Part shown: piece after piece, positions 8,447-16,002 of the stretch
Position numbering within the stretch: position 1 is the stretch's first letter
Layout of the letters: each line of letters opens with the position of its first letter
Origin: Aliivibrio fischeri
GTDB lineage: Bacteria > Pseudomonadota > Gammaproteobacteria > Enterobacterales > Vibrionaceae
Length of the DNA stretch: 32,000 nucleotides
NCBI RefSeq assembly: GCF_009727955.1
Contig: NZ_WOBR01000003.1
Coordinates: 86,069-118,068 of the forward strand
Direction of reading: 5' to 3'
Position numbers and translations under genes: made by a program
The notes under the pieces: model-generated
The model's input: the letters and a program-made list of their open reading frames with translations, nothing else
What the model was told of the DNA's origin: nothing
Databases searched by the model: none

Positions 8447-10549
8447 TTAGTATTTAACTTGCAGTGTCGCCATGTAGTTTCGGCCTTCACCAATAACAAC
8501 ATTCGATGCCCCATCGGTTGCGTAACCATTCTTACCAGTTGAACCACCACCTGCTAAGTAGTCAGTATCAAACAAGTTTTCAACATTAAAACGAGCGACA
8601 AAGGTTAAATCTTGGTCATATTTGATGGTATGAGATAACCCTAAATCGAAACGTGCATAGCCATCTTTTTTAAAGGTATTCGCTGCATCACCGTAACGCT
8701 CACCAACATAAATAGCGCCTAAGTTTGCATCGGTACTATTAGTAAATGCATAGCGAGTCCATACACTTGCAGTATATTCAGGCACATCCGCAGGACGGTT
8801 ACCTTCATACTTTTCATCTTTCGCATATTCAGCATCTAGATATGTCGCTGAACCGCTCATTGATAACTGCTCAGTAATAAAGCCTTGCATCGCTAACTCG
8901 ACACCACGGTGAACACGTTCACCTGATTGTGTTTTCTCTTTCTTACCACCACCTAAATCAACATCAATCGTTGAGTTTTCTTGGGTAATATCAAATACAG
9001 CACCAGATACAAACAGCTGGTTATCCATTAATTCCCATTTAGTACCTAGCTCATACAGCTTGCCACGTAAAGGGTCCAATTTTTGACCGTCATTCACGTA
9101 TTCACTGCCTGATACTTCACCTTGCATTTCAAAGCTTTCAGAATACGTTGCATAGATAGAACCAATGTCCATCGGATGATAAATTACAGCAAACTTAGGT
9201 GATACCGCTTCTTCTGCTAAACCTTCCTCAACTTGGCGATCTAAACGAACACCAACTAATGCTTGCCATTGATCATTAAACGTAATCATATCCTGAGCAT
9301 AAAAACCCCATGTATCGTACTTAGATGTTGTATCTCTAGGGTCTTTATTTGGATTACGCTCTGGAGCGGGAGCTGGCTCGCCAACTTGGCCGACAGAACT
9401 ATTAAATGAATACTCTAAACGGTCATAACGATAACCTAACCAGTTACTACCAAATAGCATTTGATGGCTTACGCCTAACGCATCAAATTCACCGATTAAA
9501 TCAATGCTTGCTGTTTTAAATACCCAGTTATCTTTACGATCACTACCGCCTTGAACGTATTCACCCGTTGCTGGATTATAAGTTTCTTCTTTAGGGAAGC
9601 TCTCTACGTCATGACGATTAAAATCTTGATGATTAAAGCTTGCGTTAATGCGCCATACATCAGTTAAATTTGCAGTAACATCAACACCAATGTTTTCTAC
9701 ATCATTTTCGATTTTTGACCACTGAGCATCCCAAATGTATTTATCATTAACAACCGTTTTGCCATCTTTAATGTAAGCACCAGAATCCACGCTACCTTCA
9801 TCAATTGTACGGTCATAATGGAATGACACAGTGATATCATCATTGATGTCATAATCTAAGAATAAACCACCTACAAAACGCTCTGTAGAAGGCACCGTTC
9901 CATCACTGTATTGACGCCATGAGTTGTAAGTTTGCTTTGATACAATGGCACGACCACGTAATGTTTGGTCATCATTCAATGCACCACTTACATCCGCAGT
10001 TGTTCGAGAATCATTATTTGAGCCTAGATCTTGACTCACACTCACTTGAGTTTCATAGGTCGGTTTTTTAGCAACCATATTAACCAAGCCACCCGGAGCT
10101 GACTGGCCATATAACAGACCTGAAGGACCTTTTAGTATCTCAACACGCTCTAATAATTCAATTGGTTGACGATAATGAGACCAATGTTGTTTTCCATCAC
10201 GTAAGAAACCAGAGCTACTGCTTAGTGAAAAGCCGCGCAATGTAAATTGCTCACGGTTACGTGTAGTTGCACCAGCACCGATACTTGCATCATTCTTTAG
10301 AACTTCACCAAGCGTACTGGCACGTTGTTCATCAATAAGTTGCTCATCAATAACACTCACTTGTCCTGGAGTTTCTAATTGAGTTGCCTCCATTCGCATG
10401 GAGCTTGAATTTGTATCTGCCTTGTAACCATAGTCACGACCAGTAACAACCATGTGCTCATCAGTTGTTGATGCATCTGTTTCAGCGTAAGCAAAAGGCG
10501 TTGATAAAACGGCGCTAATAACAAGAGCTAACTGACTTTTAGAAAACAT
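8447..10549 (-). CDS. TonB-dependent outer-membrane (siderophore-type) receptor, 700 aa
   Basis: Signal peptide (LALVISAVLSTPFAYA), a TonB-box-like DEHMVVTG, plug motifs (VSVIDEQLI, RVEILKGPSGLLYGQSAPGGLVNMV), and a long beta-barrel ending in the aromatic residue ...ATLQVKY. A Fur-box-like site lies upstream. Confidence 0.9.
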   Translation of the reverse strand: MFSKSQLALVISAVLSTPFAYAETDASTTDEHMVVTGRDYGYKADTNSSSMRMEATQLETPGQVSVIDEQLIDEQRASTLGEVLKNDASIGAGATTRNREQFTLRGFSLSSSSGFLRDGKQHWSHYRQPIELLERVEILKGPSGLLYGQSAPGGLVNMVAKKPTYETQVSVSQDLGSNNDSRTTADVSGALNDDQTLRGRAIVSKQTYNSWRQYSDGTVPSTERFVGGLFLDYDINDDITVSFHYDRTIDEGSVDSGAYIKDGKTVVNDKYIWDAQWSKIENDVENIGVDVTANLTDVWRINASFNHQDFNRHDVESFPKEETYNPATGEYVQGGSDRKDNWVFKTASIDLIGEFDALGVSHQMLFGSNWLGYRYDRLEYSFNSSVGQVGEPAPAPERNPNKDPRDTTSKYDTWGFYAQDMITFNDQWQALVGVRLDRQVEEGLAEEAVSPKFAVIYHPMDIGSIYATYSESFEMQGEVSGSEYVNDGQKLDPLRGKLYELGTKWELMDNQLFVSGAVFDITQENSTIDVDLGGGKKEKTQSGERVHRGVELAMQGFITEQLSMSGSATYLDAEYAKDEKYEGNRPADVPEYTASVWTRYAFTNSTDANLGAIYVGERYGDAANTFKKDGYARFDLGLSHTIKYDQDLTFVARFNVENLFDTDYLAGGGSTGKNGYATDGASNVVIGEGRNYMATLQVKY

Positions 10550-10609
10550 ATTCCATTATCTCCAAATCTTTTTATTTATTAAACGGGTGATAAAAATCTG
10601 AGATGGAAT

Positions 10610-10628
10610 ATAAATGATAATTGTTACC
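10610..10628. promoter_or_regulatory. Fur-box-like operator upstream of the receptor gene
   Basis: ATAAATGATAATTGTTACC matches the 19-bp Fur consensus GATAATGATAATCATTATC at 13/19 positions, with the core AATGATAAT exact. It lies 61-79 nt upstream of the receptor start codon. Confidence 0.5.
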
Positions 10629-10730
10629 ATTTGCATTAAATTTACATTCTTTGCATTCGTAAAGAAAGGTAAAGATGGCGTTACGCATAAAAAATATTTT
10701 TCAACAAAATCAAACTGAAGGTTCAACAAT

Positions 10731-10740
10731 TAATGAACAG
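10731..10740 (-). promoter_or_regulatory. Possible TorR-type tor box (weak)
   Basis: The reverse complement of TAATGAACAG is CTGTTCATTA. That matches 8/10 of the E. coli tor-box decamer CTGTTCATAT (recalled from memory). TTCA-containing decamers flank it at 10721 (GTTCAACAAT) and 10743 (TTTCATGAGT). It lies about 180 nt upstream of torC, and its orientation differs from the E. coli direct-repeat arrangement. Confidence 0.2.
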
Positions 10741-10915
10741 ATTTTCATGAGTATGGCAACGAAATATAAAACAGCTTATTAATAGAACTCTCATTTTTGA
10801 GCATTAGATTACATTTTTTGAAATATTTTATTTTTTACTTATATACCGCTAACCCCAAAGTGGTAACATTGCGATTGACCACACATAGAATGTGGCTAAA
10901 TTAAGGATCATTATT

Positions 10916-12007
10916 ATGAACAAACGCTATATCGCTTTAATCGCTGCTATCGGTATTGCCATTGGTTGGTTAACCTTTGGTGGTACACAAGCAGTTCTTC
11001 ACGCCACTTCTAGTACTGAATTTTGTGTTTCATGCCACACGATGGAAAAACCACTGCATGAATATCAAGGCTCCGTTCATTTTAGTAACCAAAAAGGCAT
11101 TCGTGCTGAATGTGCAGACTGTCACATTCCTCAAGAACCAATTGATTACCTAATTACTAAAATCCGTGCCTCTAAAGACATCTATCATGAATTCGTTACG
11201 GGTAAAATTGATACGGATGAAAAATACGAAGAGCATCGTTTAGCTATGGCTGAAACGGTGTGGGAACAAATGCGTGAAAATGATTCAGCGACATGTCGTT
11301 CTTGTCATAGTTTTGATGCAATGGAAACCTATGACCAATCAGTAAGCGCACAGAAAATGCATGTTTATGGACAAGAAAACAACCAAACCTGTATTGACTG
11401 TCACAAAGGTGTTGCTCACTTTGCTCCTCAAGCTAAGTTAGATACGTCTGCATTTGATCATTTATTTGATATGGCGAAAAACACAAAGCTTGATGCTGAA
11501 AAGGTTTACCCTATTGAAAATATTAAGATGTCTGATCTTGCCATCATCAACCCAACGGTTGAACTTACAACAGTAAGCGCAAAAGATGAAACTCGTACAG
11601 TAACAGTTTCAGGCTTCCAAATGAAAGGAGCTGAATCAGTTATTTACATGGGTGAAGGCCAACGTTCAATCATCGCGACGCTAACAGAAAAAGGCATTAA
11701 AGCATTAACTCTAGGTGAAGCAACTACCGATGCTTACGGCAATGAATGGCGCAGCGCCGAGTTAACAGGCACAATCGATGCACCTGTTCTAGCTTCAAAC
11801 CAACCTTTATGGGATTACGCTGAAGAGCTTGATAATGTGTACTGTTCAACATGTCATGCCAAAATTCCAGCAAATCACTTCACAGTGAACTCTTGGGGTC
11901 CTGTGGCTAAAAGTATGGGTGCACGTACTGATATTTCAGCACTGAACCTTGAAATCCTAACTAAATTCTTCCAAAACCACGCTAAAGACGTGGCTAATCA
12001 TAAATAA
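10916..12007 (+). CDS. torC: Pentahaem c-type cytochrome TorC (NapC/NirT family, membrane-anchored)
   Basis: Five CXXCH motifs (CVSCH, CADCH, CRSCH, CIDCH, CSTCH) and an N-terminal anchor (YIALIAAIGIAIGWLTF). The layout is four haems in the N-terminal domain plus one in the C-terminal domain. The gene sits immediately upstream of torA. The preferred start is the ATG at 10916, which has AAGGA 9 nt upstream; the track used a GTG at 10892. Confidence 0.9.
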   Translation: MNKRYIALIAAIGIAIGWLTFGGTQAVLHATSSTEFCVSCHTMEKPLHEYQGSVHFSNQKGIRAECADCHIPQEPIDYLITKIRASKDIYHEFVTGKIDTDEKYEEHRLAMAETVWEQMRENDSATCRSCHSFDAMETYDQSVSAQKMHVYGQENNQTCIDCHKGVAHFAPQAKLDTSAFDHLFDMAKNTKLDAEKVYPIENIKMSDLAIINPTVELTTVSAKDETRTVTVSGFQMKGAESVIYMGEGQRSIIATLTEKGIKALTLGEATTDAYGNEWRSAELTGTIDAPVLASNQPLWDYAEELDNVYCSTCHAKIPANHFTVNSWGPVAKSMGARTDISALNLEILTKFFQNHAKDVANHK

Positions 12008-12019
12008 GAGAGAGTGACT

Positions 12020-14473
12020 ATGACTAACATTTCTCGTCGCGGCTTTTTAAAAGGCGCAGGTGCATCAGCAGGTGCACTAGCGATTACGTCTATCGCTCCT
12101 TTATCTGTTAATGCCGCTACTGCTGGTCGCACAGATTCATTGGTTTTAACTGCTGGTCGTATGGGCCCATTACTTTGTGAGGTAAAGGATGGCGAGCTGC
12201 TATCAACTAAAAGTGGTTTAGCTCAAACCGTACCAAATAGCTTACAACAGACGGGGCCATCACAAGTTTATACAAAAGCTCGTGTAAAATACCCAATGGT
12301 TCGAAAAGGTTACTTAGAAAACCCAAGCGACCCTCAAGGCGTTCGTGGTAATGATGAATTTGTACGTGTTTCATGGGATGACGCATACAAACTAATTCAC
12401 GAACAGCATATGCGTATTCGTAAAGAAAACGGGCCTGAATCTATTTTTGCCGGCTCTTACGGTTGGCGTTCAAGTGGTGTTTTACATAAAGCACAAACGC
12501 TACTGCAACGTTACATGAGTATGTCTGGTGGTTATGCTGGTCACTTAGGCGATTACTCAACAGGTGCAGCTCAAGTTATCATGCCGCACGTTGTTGGCTC
12601 TATCGAAGTGTATGAACAACAAACTACTTATCCTGTTATTTTAGAAAACAGTGAAGTGGTTGTGTTATGGGGTCTAAACCCATTAAACACACTAAAAATT
12701 GCATGGTCTTCAACAGACGGGCAAGGCCTTGAGTTTTTCCATCAACTGAAAAAATCAGGAAAAACCATCATCATTATTGACCCAATGCGTTCAGAAACCG
12801 CTGAATTCTTTGGTGATAATGCACAATGGATTGCTCCTAACCCGCAATCAGATGTGGCAATGATGATGGGTATTGCTCATCAATTAGTCAAAACACAACA
12901 GCACGATACTGAATTCCTTGCTAAATACACAGTAGGCTTTGAACAATTTGAAGCATACCTAATGGGTAAAGAAGATGGTATTGAGAAATCACCACAATGG
13001 GCAGAAGCGATTTGTGGCGTACCAGCAAAACAGATGGAGCTGCTGGCTAAGATCTTCAAAGAAAACCGCACTATGCTTATGGCTGGTTGGGGTATGCAAC
13101 GTCAACAACATGGTGAACAACGCCACTGGATGTTAACCGTTCTTGCTTCTATGCTTGGTCAAGTCGGCCTACCGGGCGGTGGTTTTGGTTACTCATACCA
13201 CTACTCTAATGGCGGTAATCCAACACGTGATGCTGGTGTATTACCAGCAATGTCAGCGTCATTAGGCGGTGGCTCATCGGCAGGCAACGACTGGGCAGTT
13301 CAAGGTTCTGTAACCGCTTTCCCTGTTGCTCGTATTGTTGAATGTTTAGAAAAACCAGGGACACAATATCAACACAATGGTCATACATTAACCTTCCCTG
13401 AGTTAAAAATGATCTGGTGGGCAGGTGGCGCTAACTTTACTCACCACCAAGATACCAACCGTCTGATCAAAGCATGGCAAAAACCTGAACTGATCGTTAT
13501 TTCTGAACCGTACTGGACAGCAGCAGCTAAACACGCGGATATCGTTCTTCCAATCACTACCTCATTCGAGCGTAATGATATGACGATGACTGGTGATTAC
13601 TCTAACCAACATCTTGTTCCAATGAAGCAAGTTGTCGAGCCACAACATGAAGCACGTAATGACTTAGATGTTTTCGCAGATATGGCTGAACATTTAAAAC
13701 CAGGTGGTCGTAATGTGTATATGGAAAACAAAACGGAGATGGAATGGCTTCGTGATTTCTATAAAGCAGCACAACAAGGTGGGCGTAATGCACGTATTCC
13801 TATGATGAACTTTACTAAGTTCTGGGAAGCGAACCAACTTATCGAAATGAAATGGAATGCGAAGAACGCTGAGTTTGTTCGTTTTGGTGACTTCCGTAAA
13901 GATCCAATCATGAACCCACTAGGCACACCAAGTGGTAAAATTGAGATCTTCTCAAAAACCATCGAAGGCTTTAAGTTAGATGATTGCCCTCCACACCCAG
14001 TATGGATGGAGCCAACGGAGTGGATGTTTAACTACACAGATGGCGAACTTCAATTAATGACGTCGCACTCTGCACATCGCTTACATAGTCAATTTAACTA
14101 TGCTGATCTTCGTAAAGAGTATGCAATCCAAGATCGTGAGCCTATTACGATTCACCCAGAAGATGCAAAAGCTCGTGGTATTAAAGATGGTGATTTAGTT
14201 CGCGCTTACAACCAACGTGGTCAAGTTTTGGTTGGTGCACATGTTTCTGATGGTATTAAAAAAGGCAGTGTATGTATCCACGAAGGTGCATGGCCTGATT
14301 TAGACCCGAAAACAGGTATGTGTAAAAACGGTGGTCCAAACGTATTAACAATGGATATTCCAACGTCTCGTTTAGGTAATGGCAACTGCGGTAACTCAGG
14401 TGTAGTGAAAATTGAAAAATTCACAGGTGTTGCACCAACACTTACAGCGTTTACTCCACCAATGAATGGGTAA
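12020..14473 (+). CDS. torA: Periplasmic molybdopterin TMAO reductase TorA (Tat-exported)
   Basis: Twin-arginine signal [17 protein letters not shown]. Blocks typical of the DMSO-reductase family, TorA/TorZ branch, include [49 protein letters not shown] and HSQFNY. It is paired with torC. The preferred start is the ATG at 12020; the track used a GTG at 12014. Confidence 0.9.
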   Translation: MTNISRRGFLKGAGASAGALAITSIAPLSVNAATAGRTDSLVLTAGRMGPLLCEVKDGELLSTKSGLAQTVPNSLQQTGPSQVYTKARVKYPMVRKGYLENPSDPQGVRGNDEFVRVSWDDAYKLIHEQHMRIRKENGPESIFAGSYGWRSSGVLHKAQTLLQRYMSMSGGYAGHLGDYSTGAAQVIMPHVVGSIEVYEQQTTYPVILENSEVVVLWGLNPLNTLKIAWSSTDGQGLEFFHQLKKSGKTIIIIDPMRSETAEFFGDNAQWIAPNPQSDVAMMMGIAHQLVKTQQHDTEFLAKYTVGFEQFEAYLMGKEDGIEKSPQWAEAICGVPAKQMELLAKIFKENRTMLMAGWGMQRQQHGEQRHWMLTVLASMLGQVGLPGGGFGYSYHYSNGGNPTRDAGVLPAMSASLGGGSSAGNDWAVQGSVTAFPVARIVECLEKPGTQYQHNGHTLTFPELKMIWWAGGANFTHHQDTNRLIKAWQKPELIVISEPYWTAAAKHADIVLPITTSFERNDMTMTGDYSNQHLVPMKQVVEPQHEARNDLDVFADMAEHLKPGGRNVYMENKTEMEWLRDFYKAAQQGGRNARIPMMNFTKFWEANQLIEMKWNAKNAEFVRFGDFRKDPIMNPLGTPSGKIEIFSKTIEGFKLDDCPPHPVWMEPTEWMFNYTDGELQLMTSHSAHRLHSQFNYADLRKEYAIQDREPITIHPEDAKARGIKDGDLVRAYNQRGQVLVGAHVSDGIKKGSVCIHEGAWPDLDPKTGMCKNGGPNVLTMDIPTSRLGNGNCGNSGVVKIEKFTGVAPTLTAFTPPMNG

Positions 14474-14519
14474 TCTTATATAATTCATAGGATGTGATAA
14501 GCATTCATTTCTTATAAAA

Positions 14520-14545
14520 AAAGCGCTCTATATTTAGAGCGCTTT
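14520..14545. terminator. Bidirectional terminator between torA and the motor-like operon
   Basis: Perfect 11-bp stem, AAAGCGCTCTA (14520-14530) pairing with TAGAGCGCTTT (14535-14545), and a 4-nt loop. An A-run lies upstream and T-rich sequence downstream. Confidence 0.75.
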
Positions 14546-14577
14546 ACTTTATTTACAGCTAGCCAGCTATTGTTGTT

Positions 14578-15219
14578 TTAATTTCTTTTAATATAAATCA
14601 CAACACGTCGATTTAATTGACGCTGTTGTTCTATCGGTAACGCTTTGTCCGCTCGAGGTTGTGCATCCGCATACGCCACCGCTCTTAATTGTGATTTATC
14701 CACATTAAATTTGATCAATTGCTTAGTCACTTCTATAGCTCTTGCTCCAGAAAGCTCCCAGTTACTATCAAACTGTTTGGTATGAATAGGTAAATCATCA
14801 CTATGCCCTTCAACGATAATAGAGCGACCGTTCAAATCTACTTCTTTCATTGCTTCTGCGAATTCGGAAATAAGAGCTTTACCTTCAGGCTTTAAAGACG
14901 CAGAGCCTGAGTCGTACAAGTTTTCACTATCAAGATCAATTCGTATACCATCGGTGACAGCAGTCACTACCACAGAATCCAAATTCTTCTGCTCCACTAT
15001 CTCCTGAATATCGGCGGTTAACTCTTGCATAGGCAGATGAGCTGCAGTATCAACCACTTTTCCCCATCCATCTTTTAGCTCTTCTAACTTGCCTTCATTC
15101 ACTTGAGAGACGGCAACAATTAGAACAAAAAAAGCCAATAATAATGTGATAGCGTCACTGTATGTCATCATCCAATCATTGTCGTCTTTCAACTCAACTT
15201 TGGGTCTTGCTCTATTCAT
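14578..15219 (-). CDS. MotB/PomB-like stator subunit with an OmpA-type peptidoglycan-binding domain (213 aa)
   Basis: A single TM helix carries the conserved channel Asp (WMMTYSDAITLLLAFFVLIVA, D22; compare MotB YADFMTAMMAFFLV). The C-terminus has OmpA-like motifs (YDSGSASLKPEG, IIVEGHSDDLP, SNWELSGARA, NRRVVIYI). The start codon directly abuts the motA-like stop (TAAATG). Confidence 0.8.
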   Translation of the reverse strand: MNRARPKVELKDDNDWMMTYSDAITLLLAFFVLIVAVSQVNEGKLEELKDGWGKVVDTAAHLPMQELTADIQEIVEQKNLDSVVVTAVTDGIRIDLDSENLYDSGSASLKPEGKALISEFAEAMKEVDLNGRSIIVEGHSDDLPIHTKQFDSNWELSGARAIEVTKQLIKFNVDKSQLRAVAYADAQPRADKALPIEQQRQLNRRVVIYIKRN

Positions 15220-16002
15220 TTAAGACGCTAACCTTTTCTTAAACGGCAAATGTACATTCATTGAATCTTGTAAGTACAAATCAGGACGTTTTTCTGTCAT
15301 TAACACAAACGCATTAATTTGCATTTCACGATTATCAAAATTGGTATTTACTCGACGACTAATACGAATCGCTGCAGGTTTGAAAAACACCTGAGCCAAT
15401 AAAATCCCATAAAGTGTCGTTAATAAAGCAACAGCTAAACCATTACCTAGAGCAGCCATATCACCATTTAAATTATCAAGCATAATGATCAAACCAATCA
15501 ATGTACCTATCATTCCAAAGCCTGGTGCATAGGTACCCATTGAGTTTAAAACCTCGGCTTGAGTCATTTCTTGTTTATATTGGCTATGATTGCTTTCATC
15601 TAATAATTTTTTAAGCTCTTCACCTTTATAACCAGTACCGATAAGTTCGACACCTAAACGGATAAATGGATCATTTTTTTCATTATCATTCAATGAATTT
15701 TCTAAACCTGACATACCACTAGATCGAAAAATCTGATTCCACTCGACCGTTCTTTTTATTGATGCATGTTTAAACTTCGTCACGTTTTTCTCATCAAGCA
15801 AGTTAACAAGTAAACCTTTAAACGAAGACAAAATAAGTGGGTATGAATAACTGATTAACGCCGCAGTTAATGTTCCACCTAGTACAATAAGAAAACTCGA
15901 TAAACTCACAAATAACATGTATTTATCGGTACTCATTGTTACGGCACCAATTAACACACCAAACGCCATCAACAAGCCGGTAATAGTACTGAATGAGATC
16001 AT
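15220..16002 (-). CDS. MotA/PomA-like stator channel subunit (260 aa)
   Basis: The topology is four TM segments with a large cytoplasmic loop between TM2 and TM3. The C-terminal block GTYAPGFGMIGTLIGLIIMLDNL...GLAVALLTTLYGILLAQVFFKP closely parallels PomA/MotA (APAMGMIGTLVGLVAML...AVALLTTLYGAIL). The length is that of MotA, not ExbB. An ATGA overlap joins it to the upstream gene. Confidence 0.8.
   Translation of the reverse strand: MISFSTITGLLMAFGVLIGAVTMSTDKYMLFVSLSSFLIVLGGTLTAALISYSYPLILSSFKGLLVNLLDEKNVTKFKHASIKRTVEWNQIFRSSGMSGLENSLNDNEKNDPFIRLGVELIGTGYKGEELKKLLDESNHSQYKQEMTQAEVLNSMGTYAPGFGMIGTLIGLIIMLDNLNGDMAALGNGLAVALLTTLYGILLAQVFFKPAAIRISRRVNTNFDNREMQINAFVLMTEKRPDLYLQDSMNVHLPFKKRLAS

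Noticed and set aside
10614-10782. Two small plus-strand ORFs upstream of torC (34 aa at 10614-10718 and 35 aa at 10675-10782), considered as possible torE
   Set aside because: TorE/NapE-type proteins are hydrophobic single-TM peptides with conserved Gly/Pro motifs. The 35-aa product is hydrophilic. The 34-aa ORF has no Shine-Dalgarno element and overlaps the Fur-box-like site. Neither resembles TorE.
10892-12019. GTG starts used by the ORF track for torC (10892) and torA (12014); likewise the TTG at 8345 for ttpB, 2779 for the secreted protein and 21748 for the small secreted protein
   Set aside because: In each case a nearby downstream ATG has a better Shine-Dalgarno element and gives a cleaner signal peptide or anchor, so the shorter forms are reported.
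12880-14424. Five short minus-strand ORFs (60-67 aa) inside torA
   Set aside because: All are antisense to a continuous 818-codon ORF with strong molybdoenzyme motifs, and none has independent support.
14578-16002. The MotA/MotB-like pair considered as a Zorya-type anti-phage system
   Set aside because: ZorA proteins are much longer, with a long C-terminal tail, and Zorya loci carry ZorC/D/E-type nuclease or helicase genes. Here the MotA-like protein is 260 aa, and the partners are envelope proteins plus a FliG-like protein. No nuclease or helicase is present.
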